Assembly: GCA_052390515.1 (NCBI GenBank)
Contig: JBQTGV010000189.1
Span: forward strand, 1-22,271
Reading direction: 5' to 3'
Source: Candidatus Eiseniibacteriota bacterium
GTDB lineage: Bacteria > ARS69
DNA: 22,271 nt
Part shown: positions 1 to 8,250 of the stretch, in pieces
Layout of the letters: each line of letters opens with the position of its first letter
Numbering within the stretch: position 1 is the stretch's first letter
Program-made: the position numbers and the translations under genes
Notes under the pieces: model-generated
Told to the model about the DNA's origin: nothing
What the model saw: only the letters and a program-made list of their open reading frames with translations
The model's database searches: none

Positions 1-51
1 CGCCGTGTCCGGAGCCACGGACGGCGGAGGCCGGCGGCCACGAAGCGAGCG
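1..51. repeat. REP-like intergenic palindromic repeat, copy 1 (may extend past the window edge)
   Basis: cggagccacggacggcggaggccggcggccacgaagcgagcg closely matches 16501-16542. It contains a GCCAYGGAYGGC mini-hairpin motif, and a related unit (ggcacggatgcc) follows at ~53-64. Lies just downstream of a minus-strand stop codon. Confidence 0.6.
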
Positions 52-112
52 AGGCACGGATGCCGAGCGAGTGTAAGCGAGGCCATCTGATCATTTCTTT
101 CGAGACGGAACA

Positions 113-1696
113 CTAGCGGCGCAGGACGATGCGCTCCGTCGCGACGACACCGGTGGAGGCCGTGCCCCGCAGGAAGTAGACGCCCGACGGCATGTCGCCC
201 TCGGTGCTCCGCCCGTCCCACGTGAGCCAGCCGCCCGACGTTCCCGTCATCACCGGCTCGGGCCGGCTCAACAGCCGCCCGGCCACGTCATACACGGCGA
301 ACGCCGCCGTCGTGCCTTCCGCCACGCGGAAGACGGCGCGGGTGAGCCCGCCGCTGGGGTTCTCCAGCACTCGCAGCGCGAATCCGTCGAACGGCAGCTC
401 GCCGCCGAACTCCGCGGCCACGGCCGGCGGCGGCGCGGCGCTCGCGTCGATCTTGTAGACGTGGGCTTCGTAGTCCGCGAACCAGTCGATCACCTGCCCG
501 TTCACGACGGGCAGCCAGCGATTCTCGAAGAGCACTTCGATCCACTGGATGTTCGCGCCGACGTTGATGATCATGTCCCCGGAGGCCCCGCGCCGGCTCG
601 CGGCGAAGACGTAGCGCACGCCGCCCGAACCTCCGTTCTTCGCCAGGACATCGAGATCGGGCGAGCCGGAGCTGATGCCCGCGGCCTTCCCGTTCACGAG
701 CACGCTGGTGAGCGAGGCGACCTCGGCGATCACCGGCGCGATCACCGGCCAGCTCGCCGAGCCGTCGCCGAGCGGGTGGAACCAGTTGTGGCCGGCCCAG
801 ATCAGCCCGGTGGCGCCGTGGATGATCGACACGTACGCTTCCCAGCGGGCCTCCTTCGTGGGAATCCCCTTGTGCGCCTGGATGATCGCCCAGAGCGGCT
901 GGTTCGCCGCCTTGACTCCCTGCGCGATGGCGTCGAGTCCGTCCGGCAGCCGGTCCATCGGGCAGGTCCCGTTCCCGATGATGACGTACGGCGAACAGGT
1001 GCCCGGCCCCGGCGGGTACGGATAGCTCGTGAACAGCACGACGTTGCCCGCTGCCGCGTAACCCTTGAGATCCGAGATCCACGCGGCGCTGTCGGCGGAG
1101 ATGTGCACGGGCTCGAGCGCGATTCCCACGACCCGGTTGGGGCTCGCCGCGCGGAGCTGAGTGAAGGTGCTGCGGACGTGAACGCTGTCGACGTCCCCGA
1201 TCTTCGCGTTGGCGATCGACCAAGCGGGCTCGTCGCGGTTGGAGAAGGCGATGGCGGCCTTCGATCCGGCGAAGCAGCTGAGCACCGAGGCCAGCGAATC
1301 GGCCGGGTACATGAGCTTCGCCACCTCGAGCTCGGGCGTGGCGGGATTGTCCCACTCCCAGGTGTCGAAGGACCCGATCATGAGCTTGTAGCCGGTGGCG
1401 TCGGCGGAGTCCCGGATGGCCGCGCAGGACGGCATCGAGTCGGCGAACGCGTAGCCCTCGTCCCAGACGAAGTTCGCGCCGGACTGGCGGATGCGGTCGT
1501 TCCAGTTCGGGTAGCGGTCCCTGCCCAGTTGCAGCAGCCCCACGGGAAAGAACTTCTGTCCGTCGATACGCAGGATCTGGTCCGAGCCGACGGTCACCTG
1601 CTGGGCACGGGTCGGGGAGGCGTCCACTGCGAGCAGGACGCCGAGAACGGCGAGCGCGTTCTTCCACGCACGGGGCTGTTCCGGGGGGGATGCCAA
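113..1696 (-). CDS. Secreted glycoside-hydrolase-like (TIM-barrel) protein with C-terminal FlgD-Ig/T9SS-type sorting domain (527 aa)
   Basis: 3' part of ORF 113..3013. TTG at 1696 has AGGAG 7 nt upstream. Signal-peptide-like segment NALAVLGVLLAVDASPTRA-QQ; motifs FFPVGL, RDEP, YPYP, IIHGATGLIW; C-terminal NPS...VYDVAGRL...WDGR...SGVYFLR. The upstream part of the ORF is antisense shadow of the MBL gene. Confidence 0.75.
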   Translation of the reverse strand: MASPPEQPRAWKNALAVLGVLLAVDASPTRAQQVTVGSDQILRIDGQKFFPVGLLQLGRDRYPNWNDRIRQSGANFVWDEGYAFADSMPSCAAIRDSADATGYKLMIGSFDTWEWDNPATPELEVAKLMYPADSLASVLSCFAGSKAAIAFSNRDEPAWSIANAKIGDVDSVHVRSTFTQLRAASPNRVVGIALEPVHISADSAAWISDLKGYAAAGNVVLFTSYPYPPGPGTCSPYVIIGNGTCPMDRLPDGLDAIAQGVKAANQPLWAIIQAHKGIPTKEARWEAYVSIIHGATGLIWAGHNWFHPLGDGSASWPVIAPVIAEVASLTSVLVNGKAAGISSGSPDLDVLAKNGGSGGVRYVFAASRRGASGDMIINVGANIQWIEVLFENRWLPVVNGQVIDWFADYEAHVYKIDASAAPPPAVAAEFGGELPFDGFALRVLENPSGGLTRAVFRVAEGTTAAFAVYDVAGRLLSRPEPVMTGTSGGWLTWDGRSTEGDMPSGVYFLRGTASTGVVATERIVLRR

Positions 1697-1754
1697 GGCA
1701 CGGCTCCTTGGTGATGGGCTCGATGCGCCGCGGGTCCAGGCCGAGCAGGGCGCG

Positions 1755-1783
1755 ATTATAACGGGAGGCCGCCCCCGGTTCCA
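1755..1783 (-). promoter_or_regulatory. Putative sigma70 promoter for the 113..1696 gene
   Basis: Perfect TATAAT at 1760-1755 in a very GC-rich context; weak -35 TGGAAC 17 bp upstream. Confidence 0.5.
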
Positions 1784-1858
1784 TGGCGTAGTACGGCCAG
1801 CAGGCGATCGGCCTTGTGCGGCGCCCCCCTCGGTGGTATTCGCGGCCTCGGGGGTGGT

Positions 1859-3256
1859 ATGCGCCTCGAGTTCCACGGAGCCGCCGGGACCGTCACCGGA
1901 TCCAAGTACCGTCTGGAGACGGGGCGGGGCGCCGTCCTCGTCGACGCCGGGCTCTTCCAGGGGAAGAAGGCCCTGCGGCTCCGGAACTGGGAGTCTCCGG
2001 GCTTCGAGCCGGGCGCCATCGACGCCGTCCTGCTGACCCACGTCCACGTGGACCACGTGGGATACCTGCCGCGGCTCGTTCGGCTCGGATACCGCGGCCC
2101 CGTCTTCGCCACCGCCGCGACCGTTGACCTCGCCGCCATCGTCCTCCGCGACGCCGCCAAGATCCAGGAAGAGGACGCCGCCTACGCGAACCGCAAGGGC
2201 TTCTCGAAGCACAGCCCGGCGCTGCCGCTCTTCGATGCCGCGGACGCGGAGGCGGCGCTGCGGCTCCTTCGCCCGGTGCCGTTCGGGGAATGGATGGACA
2301 CGGCCGACGGCATCCGCGCGCGCTGGACGAACACCGGACACCTGCTCGGCGCGGCGATGATCGAGGTGGAGGCGAAGGGCGCACGCGACGAGACGCGTCT
2401 CCTGTTCAGCGGGGACGTCGGGCGATACGGCCAGCCGCTGCACGTCGACCCATCGCCCCGGCCGCCGAGCGATTGGCTCGTCATCGAGTCGACCTACGGC
2501 AACCGCACCCACCCCGGCGAGCCGATCGAGGATCAACTGCTCGAGCCGATGCGGCGGACGCTCTCGCGGCGCGGCGTGGTGCTCGTGCCGGCGTTCGCGG
2601 TGGGGCGGTCGCAGCTCGTGACCCTCGTGCTGCGGCGGCTCATGGGCCGCGGTACCCTGCCGGAAGTGCCCATCCACATCGACAGCCCCATGGCCGTCGA
2701 CGCGACGAGCATCTACTCGAAGTACCTCGACGCACGCAACGTGGACGCCGACGTGTTCGCCGACGGCCGTGCTGTGCTGTTTCCCGACTGTGTGGAGATG
2801 CATCGCACGGTGGACGAGTCGAAGCACCTCAACGCGCTCGACGGACCGCGCGTGATCATTTCGTCGTCGGGGATGATGGTCGGGGGGCGCATCCTGCATC
2901 ACCTGCGGCAGCGCTTGCCGGATCCGCGAAACCTCGTGTGCCTGGCCGGCTTCCAGGCGGAGGGGACGCGCGGGCGGGCGCTGGTCGACGGGGCGAAGAC
3001 GCTGCGCATGCACGGCGAGGACGTGCCGGTGCGAGCCGAGGTGGTGAACCTGTCAGGCTTCTCGGGTCACGCCGATGCCGGCGAGCTGATGCGCTGGTAC
3101 AGGACCGAGGCGACGGCGCCGCGCGGCGTCTTCGTGACGCACGGCGAGCCGGAGGCGGCCGCGGCCCTGGCGAAGCGGCTGGAGGCGGCGGGGGCGGGGG
3201 CCGTGCGGGTGCCGGACCTGGGGGAGGGGGTTCGTCTGAGCGCCGTGAGGACGTGA
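1859..3256 (+). CDS. MBL-fold metallo-hydrolase, beta-CASP RNA-processing ribonuclease family
   Basis: N-terminus MRLEFHGAAGTVTGS; motifs LVDAGLFQG, THVHVDHVG (HxHxDH), GHLLG, FSGDVG, ESTYG, PAFAVGR, FSGHAD, THGE. Confidence 0.95.
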   Translation: MRLEFHGAAGTVTGSKYRLETGRGAVLVDAGLFQGKKALRLRNWESPGFEPGAIDAVLLTHVHVDHVGYLPRLVRLGYRGPVFATAATVDLAAIVLRDAAKIQEEDAAYANRKGFSKHSPALPLFDAADAEAALRLLRPVPFGEWMDTADGIRARWTNTGHLLGAAMIEVEAKGARDETRLLFSGDVGRYGQPLHVDPSPRPPSDWLVIESTYGNRTHPGEPIEDQLLEPMRRTLSRRGVVLVPAFAVGRSQLVTLVLRRLMGRGTLPEVPIHIDSPMAVDATSIYSKYLDARNVDADVFADGRAVLFPDCVEMHRTVDESKHLNALDGPRVIISSSGMMVGGRILHHLRQRLPDPRNLVCLAGFQAEGTRGRALVDGAKTLRMHGEDVPVRAEVVNLSGFSGHADAGELMRWYRTEATAPRGVFVTHGEPEAAAALAKRLEAAGAGAVRVPDLGEGVRLSAVRT

Positions 3257-3662
3257 ATGAGGTCGCTTCCACTCCGCCGAAGTGAGCTCCTTCGCGACGT
3301 GCCTATCTCGCAGCCTGTGGTCGCCTCGGAGCGGTAGGCCGCGCAGCCGGCCGGTGTCGCTGCAACCAGGATCTCTTGGCCGCCCGAGTGCACGTAGCTA
3401 CCTGACGATGATCACCTCAGATCCCGCCTGCACATGGGCCGGACCAAAGTTGCCAAAACGACTGCCGACGGGAACGCAGGGAAGCGCTGGCAGTCCGCGG
3501 AAGGCGAGCCACTCAAGGGGGGTAGATGTCCGCGTCCCTCGGGACGCGGCCCCATTGAAGCGCTTCATGTGATCGCACTTGTCGTCAGCACGGCTCGGCG
3601 TAATTTGCCGGCCACGGCGCCTTCGCGGCTTCCCCAACTCACGCCTCCCCGTCAGGAGCCCC

Positions 3663-3720
3663 GAAGGTCTCCGTCTCCTCGAGGCTCCACTCCGTTCGCA
3701 AATTTGCGATAATCGAGGAG
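3663..3720 (+). repeat. Direct repeat copy 1 with TCGCAAATTTGCGA palindrome, GATAAT and RBS (putative TA promoter/operator)
   Basis: Aligns to 4628-4684 with 6 substitutions and 1 gap; 25-bp identical core 3690-3714; perfect palindrome 3696-3709. Confidence 0.85.
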
Positions 3721-3726
3721 ATTCGG

Positions 3727-4098
3727 GTGCCCAGGACAGAAGTCCTTCTCTATCGGGACGAGGACGGCGGCGTGCCCCTACGCGACTGGCTCGACGACCT
3801 GGAACCGAGAGCGCAGGCCAAGTGCCTTGCGTCGCTGAAGCGCCTAGAGGATCTGGGGCACGAGCTTCGAAGGCCCGAGGCCGATTACCTGCGGGACAGG
3901 ATCTACGAACTTCGCACGCGGATCGGGAGGGTCCACCTTCGAATGCTCTACGTCTTCCATGGCAGGCAAGCTGTCGTCGTTTCGCACGGCTTTGCCAAGG
4001 AAGGCGAGGTTCCTGCAAGAGAGATCGAGGTCGCCATCGACCGAAGGTCCCGATTCAAGGGAGAGGGGACCAGGCACGCCTTGCGGGGAGGGGAATGA
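3727..4098 (+). CDS. Type II toxin, RelE/ParE family (Gp49/DUF891, HigB-like)
   Basis: 123 aa; GTG start after GAGGAG; motifs PLRDWLDDL, LRRPEADYLRDRIYELR, RMLYVFHG, VVVSHGFAKE; ATGA overlap with the HTH gene. Confidence 0.9.
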   Translation: MPRTEVLLYRDEDGGVPLRDWLDDLEPRAQAKCLASLKRLEDLGHELRRPEADYLRDRIYELRTRIGRVHLRMLYVFHGRQAVVVSHGFAKEGEVPAREIEVAIDRRSRFKGEGTRHALRGGE

Positions 4099-4475
4099 AG
4101 ATGCCCAGGAAGCACGGTTTCGTGTCGCCGGCACTCCGGCATCTCGAGGACCGTTACATCGGCAGTGACCCGGAACGGAGAGCGGCGTACGAGGAGGCGC
4201 TGGCGAACGCTCAGGTCGCGCACGCCATTTGTGACCTTCGCTCCCGTGCCAAGCTCACCCAGCGGGAGCTCGCCCGGCTCGTCGGTACGTCCGCGTCCGT
4301 GATCTCCCGCCTCGAGGATGCCGGGTACGAAGGTCATTCTCTCGCCCTGCTTCGGCGCATCGCCAGCGCGCTCGGCCGGCGCATCGAGATTCGTTTCCTG
4401 CCGCGGCTCCGTGCGGCTTCCCGGTCGAGACCTGCAGCGCGGAGAACCGCGAGACGAAGAACACGCGCGCGCTGA
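4095..4475 (+). CDS. XRE-family HTH antitoxin (HigA-like)
   Basis: 126 aa; LRSRAKLTQRELARLVGTSASVISRLEDAGYEGHSLALLRRIASALG; toxin-first gene order with ATGA coupling. Confidence 0.9.
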   Translation: MKMPRKHGFVSPALRHLEDRYIGSDPERRAAYEEALANAQVAHAICDLRSRAKLTQRELARLVGTSASVISRLEDAGYEGHSLALLRRIASALGRRIEIRFLPRLRAASRSRPAARRTARRRTRAR

Positions 4476-4627
4476 GCTGAGCGACGCCTCCCGCGGAGGT
4501 GACAACGCGGTGCGCAATCCTGGTCCGACAGACCGTTCCTCGGCGCGCGTCGGCCGGCTCGGCGAGCATCCCCTGATCGTCACGACACGAGGCCCCGCCA
4601 CCCGTTGGTAGGCGCAGCGGCTCCACT

Positions 4628-4684
4628 GAAGATCTCAGCTCCTCAAGACTCCGCTCCGTTCGCAAATTTGCGATAATCAAGGAG
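4628..4684 (+). repeat. Direct repeat copy 2 with the same palindrome, upstream of the membrane-protein gene
   Basis: Identical core 4654-4678; palindrome 4660-4673; followed by AAGGAGGGAGG and GTG at 4699. Confidence 0.85.
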
Positions 4685-4698
4685 GGAGGTGAAGCGTA

Positions 4699-7302
4699 GT
4701 GCGCGGCCCGTGGCCCGACAGACTGTTCCTCGCGTCGATGACCTTCTCCATTCTCGTGGCGGTCGCGCACGCCATCTCCCTGCCGATCGCGTTCACCTAC
4801 GACGGCCTCGAGTATCTGGACCTCGCCGACGTCCTCGGTTCGCCGCGGTTCCCGGCGGACTGGCACGAGGCGCGAACGCCGCTCTTCCCGCTCCTGCTGA
4901 AGGCGGGAATGACGCTCTTCGGCCGGCAGCCCCTGGCCGTCATCGCCGTGCTCACCGCGTGCGGGCTGGCGACGGTGCTCGTGATCGGTGCGACGACCCG
5001 GGCGCTCGCCGGTCCGGTGGCCGGGGCGCTGGTGATGGCTCTCGTGTCACTCTATCCGACGGCGATCGCGCACCAGCATCTGGTCCTGACCGAGGCCGGT
5101 ACCGCGTTCCTCGTCGCGGCCGTGGTCGCCTTGTCGGCGAGGCGGGGGCAGGGGTCGGGGCTCTGGCGAAAGACCGCGGCGCTCGCACTCGTGGGCGGCG
5201 CGGCCTACTACTGGCGGCAGCCGGCGCTGGTGATGGCGCCGGCCGCGGCCGCGGTGCACATGGTCATGCACCTCCGGGGGACCCGGCTCCGGAGCCGGGC
5301 CGCGGGAATCGTGCTGCTGCAGGCGGTCCTGATCGGGGCCGTCCCCTTCGCCATGACGCGGCCGTGGCAGCCCTATCTCAACGACGCCGGCATGACGTCG
5401 GTCCACTTCTACGAGGGACTTCTCAAGCAGGCTCTTCTACCGATCGACCATCCACGGGCGGCGCCCTGGGCCGAGCGCTACCGGGAGGCCATCGAGGAGG
5501 CTCGTCGCGGCAACTTCTACTCCGGCCTTCGCACGGAGTCGTACCGCGCGCTGTCGGAAGACATGTTCGGTGGGCCGGCCGGCCGGCGCCGCGGCGGCGA
5601 GGAGCTCTTCCTCGAGCTGGTGAGGGAGCATCCCGGCGCGTACTTCCATGCGCTCGGACGGACGCTCATGCTGTTCGCGGGCGCGAAGTCGCTGGACAAC
5701 GAGAACTTCGTGCACCGGGGAATGGTGCTCTCCACGCTGCCCCCGGAGGAACGCATCGTGCGCGCGCTCGGCGAGCTGGGCGAACGAATCCGCGCCGACT
5801 TCGGCTACCCCGCGCGGGACTCGCTCGTGCTGCGAGTGATCCGTGGGCTGACGCTGCCCTATGACGGGCTGCTGCTCGCCGGAAGCCTGGCGACCGCGGT
5901 CGGCCTGCTGCTCGGGCTCGCTACGCGGAGCGGGACGCTGCTCGCCCTGTGCGGGATTCCCGTGGCCACCCTGCTTCCGTACGCCGTCGTGCTGGACTCC
6001 TTCGACCGCTATGCGCTCCCCGCGCATGTCCTGTTCGTCGCCAACGTCGTCATCCTCCCCGCGCTCGCCGCCCGCGAATTGGCCCGGCGGCGGCGGCGGC
6101 GCCCCCGACCCGGATCGGCCGGGAACGCCGGCTGCCACGAGTCACTTCTCGATGGGCATCCCCACCATGGAGCCGTACTCGGTCCACGAGCCGTCGTAGT
6201 TCCGCACGTGATCGAGCCCGAGCAGGTACTTGAGCACGAACCAGGTGTGGCTGGAGCGTTCGCCGATGCGGCAGTACGCGATGGTGTGCTTCTTCGGGTC
6301 CACCGCCGCCTTGCCCAGGTAGATCTCGCGCAGTTCGTCCGCGCTCTTGAACGAACCGTCCGCCGCCACCGCCGTGGACCACGGAACGCTCTTCGCCCCC
6401 GGAATGTGTCCGGCGCGCTGCGCCGTCTCGGTCATTCCCGGAGGCGCGATCACCTTGCCGGTGAACTCGTCCGCGCTGCGCACGTCGACGAGGTTCGTCT
6501 TCCCGCCCTTGACGGCCTGCAGGACGTCGTCCACGCGCGCGCGAACCGAGAGATCGGGACCGGAGGCCTTGTACGCGGCCGGCGTCACCCGCGGCACGTC
6601 CACGGTGAGCTTCTTGTCGCTCTCGTTCAGCCATTTCACACGCCCGCCGTCCATGAGCCGCACGTTCTCGTGGCCGTAGATCTTGAACAGCCAGAACGCG
6701 TACGCGGCGAACCAGTTGTTGTTGTCGCCGTAGAGGATCACGGTATCCTCGCGGTGGATGCCGGCGCCGCCCACCAGCTTCTCGAAGCCGGCCTTGTCCA
6801 GGATGTCACGGGTGAGCTGATCCTGGAGCTGGGTCTGCCAGTTGAAGCCGACCGCACCCTCGATGTGCCCGGCCTCGTAGGCCTTGGTGTCCACGTCGAC
6901 CTCGACCAGACGGATGCCCGGCTTGCCGAGGTTCTGCTTCACCCATTCGGTCGAGACGAGCACCTCGGGATGGGCGTGCGTGCTCATGGTCGAACTCCCC
7001 TGTGTGGAACTTCTCGCTTCGTTCATGTCCTGCTCCTTTCGTCCATGGGTCAAACCGAGGTGCCTTCCGCCAGCTCCGGAATGTGCTTGATCATGGCGGA
7101 GACGTACTTGAAGACGTTGTCGGGGAAGATCATGACGCCGAGCCCCTGGCGGTCGCGCTCGACGACGCGTCGCGCGCCCTCGAGGATCAGCCCGGAGCTC
7201 GGCCCGGCGAGCAGTCCTTCGTTCCGCGCCAGATCCAGCGCGCGGGTGTACGCCAGCTCGAAGTCGATCTCCAGCAGTTCGTCGATCAGCGAGGGATCGT
7301 AG
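4699..7302 (+). CDS. Polytopic membrane protein, probably GT-C/ArnT-PMT-like glycosyltransferase; credible coding to ~6100, then read-through with no stop until 7302
   Basis: Many hydrophobic segments; YDGLEYLDLA, RTPLFPLLL, LTEA and DRYALP resemble GT-C motifs. The C-terminal ~390 aa are antisense to the rhodanese and cysteine synthase genes. Confidence 0.6.
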   Translation: MRGPWPDRLFLASMTFSILVAVAHAISLPIAFTYDGLEYLDLADVLGSPRFPADWHEARTPLFPLLLKAGMTLFGRQPLAVIAVLTACGLATVLVIGATTRALAGPVAGALVMALVSLYPTAIAHQHLVLTEAGTAFLVAAVVALSARRGQGSGLWRKTAALALVGGAAYYWRQPALVMAPAAAAVHMVMHLRGTRLRSRAAGIVLLQAVLIGAVPFAMTRPWQPYLNDAGMTSVHFYEGLLKQALLPIDHPRAAPWAERYREAIEEARRGNFYSGLRTESYRALSEDMFGGPAGRRRGGEELFLELVREHPGAYFHALGRTLMLFAGAKSLDNENFVHRGMVLSTLPPEERIVRALGELGERIRADFGYPARDSLVLRVIRGLTLPYDGLLLAGSLATAVGLLLGLATRSGTLLALCGIPVATLLPYAVVLDSFDRYALPAHVLFVANVVILPALAARELARRRRRRPRPGSAGNAGCHESLLDGHPHHGAVLGPRAVVVPHVIEPEQVLEHEPGVAGAFADAAVRDGVLLRVHRRLAQVDLAQFVRALERTVRRHRRGPRNALRPRNVSGALRRLGHSRRRDHLAGELVRAAHVDEVRLPALDGLQDVVHARANREIGTGGLVRGRRHPRHVHGELLVALVQPFHTPAVHEPHVLVAVDLEQPERVRGEPVVVVAVEDHGILAVDAGAAHQLLEAGLVQDVTGELILELGLPVEADRTLDVPGLVGLGVHVDLDQTDARLAEVLLHPFGRDEHLGMGVRAHGRTPLCGTSRFVHVLLLSSMGQTEVPSASSGMCLIMAETYLKTLSGKIMTPSPWRSRSTTRRAPSRISPELGPASSPSFRARSSARVYASSKSISSSSSISEGS
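6142..6987 (-). CDS. Thiosulfate sulfurtransferase (tandem-domain rhodanese, SseA/CysA-like)
   Basis: MSTHAHPEVLVSTEW, GHIEGA, active-site loop YCRIGERSS, C-terminal YDGSWTEY signature. GGGGAG RBS; alternative start at 7026. Confidence 0.95.
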   Translation of the reverse strand: MSTHAHPEVLVSTEWVKQNLGKPGIRLVEVDVDTKAYEAGHIEGAVGFNWQTQLQDQLTRDILDKAGFEKLVGGAGIHREDTVILYGDNNNWFAAYAFWLFKIYGHENVRLMDGGRVKWLNESDKKLTVDVPRVTPAAYKASGPDLSVRARVDDVLQAVKGGKTNLVDVRSADEFTGKVIAPPGMTETAQRAGHIPGAKSVPWSTAVAADGSFKSADELREIYLGKAAVDPKKHTIAYCRIGERSSHTWFVLKYLLGLDHVRNYDGSWTEYGSMVGMPIEK

Positions 7303-8015
7303 AGCGCTGAGACCGATAGCTGCGAGACGTTGCGCAGGCCCGGAACGTCGTGCCCCTCCGTCGGCTGCACCGCGACCACCTTCACGGCCGGGTTGCGCTC
7401 CTTCAGGAAGCGGCCGCAGCCGGTGACCGTACCGCACGTGCCGAGGGAGACGAACAAGTGGGTGATGCGCCCTTCCGTCTGCCGCCAGATCTCCGGGCCG
7501 GTCGTCTCGTAGTGCACGGCCACGTTGCGCTCGTTCTCGTACTGGTTGGGCAGCGCGTAACGCTCCGGTTCGGCCTTCGCCCTCGTCTTGGCCATGTTGA
7601 TCGAACCGTCGGAGGCGCCGGGCGTCGGGCAGACGTCGTCGTTCATCACGTCGAGGTCCGCGCCGGCGATCTTCAAGAGCACCTTCTTCTCCAGCGGCAC
7701 TTTGTTCGGCACGACGGCGCGCATCCGGTAGCCGCGCGCCGCGGCGATGGCGGCGAGCGAGATCCCGGTGTTTCCCGAGGTGGGCTCGACGATGCCGCGG
7801 CCGCCGGTCAGGAGACCCCGCTCCTCCAGGTCCCGCACCAGCGCTCCGGCCGCGCGGTCCTTCACCGAGCCGAAGGGGTTCGCCCACTCGAGCTTGGCGA
7901 ACAGGGCGAAGTCCGCTACGGGGTTCAGTCGGCGGAGGCGCACGAGCGGCGTCGGGTTCTCCGGCCCGGGCAGCATCTGCAGCACGTCGTCGTAGACCGC
8001 GGTCTCGCGGTTCAT
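7050..8015 (-). CDS. PLP-dependent cysteine synthase family protein (CysK/CysM-like)
   Basis: AKLEWANPFGSVKDR (PLP lysine), EPTSGNTGI, NQYEN, HYETTGPEIW, GTCGT, GPSSG, IFPD. Confidence 0.93.
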   Translation of the reverse strand: MNRETAVYDDVLQMLPGPENPTPLVRLRRLNPVADFALFAKLEWANPFGSVKDRAAGALVRDLEERGLLTGGRGIVEPTSGNTGISLAAIAAARGYRMRAVVPNKVPLEKKVLLKIAGADLDVMNDDVCPTPGASDGSINMAKTRAKAEPERYALPNQYENERNVAVHYETTGPEIWRQTEGRITHLFVSLGTCGTVTGCGRFLKERNPAVKVVAVQPTEGHDVPGLRNVSQLSVSALYDPSLIDELLEIDFELAYTRALDLARNEGLLAGPSSGLILEGARRVVERDRQGLGVMIFPDNVFKYVSAMIKHIPELAEGTSV

Positions 8016-8031
8016 CGAATCTCCGCTCCGG

Positions 8032-8066
8032 AATGAAGAAGCCCACCGGTCCGGGAGCCGGTGGGC
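8032..8066 (-). terminator. Intrinsic terminator-like hairpin in the 5' leader of the cysteine synthase operon (attenuator)
   Basis: Minus strand GCCCACCGG-ctcccgga-CCGGTGGGC (9-bp stem) followed by TTCTTCATT. Confidence 0.75.
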
Positions 8067-8091
8067 CGCAAACCGCCGAATGTCCGGGATC

Positions 8092-8169
8092 TCAGGCGGA
8101 CCGGCGCGCGAGCCCCCGCGGCCCCGAAATGGAACAGGAACAGGCGAAGCTCGGGCTGTCCGGAGTCAT
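8092..8169 (-). CDS. Putative leaderless Cys-containing leader peptide MTPDSPSFACSCSISGPRGLARRSA (25 aa)
   Basis: ATG at 8169 lies 6 nt after the -10 box; TGT-TCC-TGT-TCC at 8142-8131; TGA at 8094-8092; precedes the terminator and cysteine synthase. Confidence 0.7.
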   Translation of the reverse strand: MTPDSPSFACSCSISGPRGLARRSA

Positions 8170-8175
8170 GGGCGC

Positions 8176-8204
8176 AAGGTAGGCGCGCGTCCGACGTACG
8201 TCAA
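8176..8204 (-). promoter_or_regulatory. sigma70-type promoter TTGACG-N17-TACCTT for the cysteine operon leader
   Basis: -35 TTGACG (8204-8199), 17-bp spacer, -10 TACCTT (8181-8176). Confidence 0.75.
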
Positions 8205-8250
8205 GGCTGGCCGGGGTGCGCCCGGCGGGCGCCGGACACCGAGCTCCGTG

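Noticed and set aside
1697-3013. N-terminal half of the 966-aa ORF
   Set aside because: Antisense shadow of the MBL gene; a better TTG start with RBS and signal peptide lies at 1696.
3257-3662. Possible small ORFs, gene relic or att site upstream of the TA module
   Set aside because: No RBS-led ORF with coding bias, no tRNA fragment and no recognisable terminal repeats; left unassigned.
3690-4678. Repeats as dif/pdif, integron attC or CRISPR
   Set aside because: No XerD arm (TTATGTTAAAT), no RYYYAAC/GTTRRRY pair, only two copies ~965 bp apart, and no recombinase or cas gene in the window.
6988-8046. Apparent 634-aa cysteine synthase-rhodanese fusion ORF 6142..8046
   Set aside because: The upstream part is an alternative frame over the cysteine synthase gene; the rhodanese has its own RBS and start.
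8020-8170. SAM-I riboswitch or T-box upstream of cysteine synthase
   Set aside because: No AUCxAGAG...GAU SAM-I core and no T-box GGUGGxACC motif; the leader-peptide model explains the region better.
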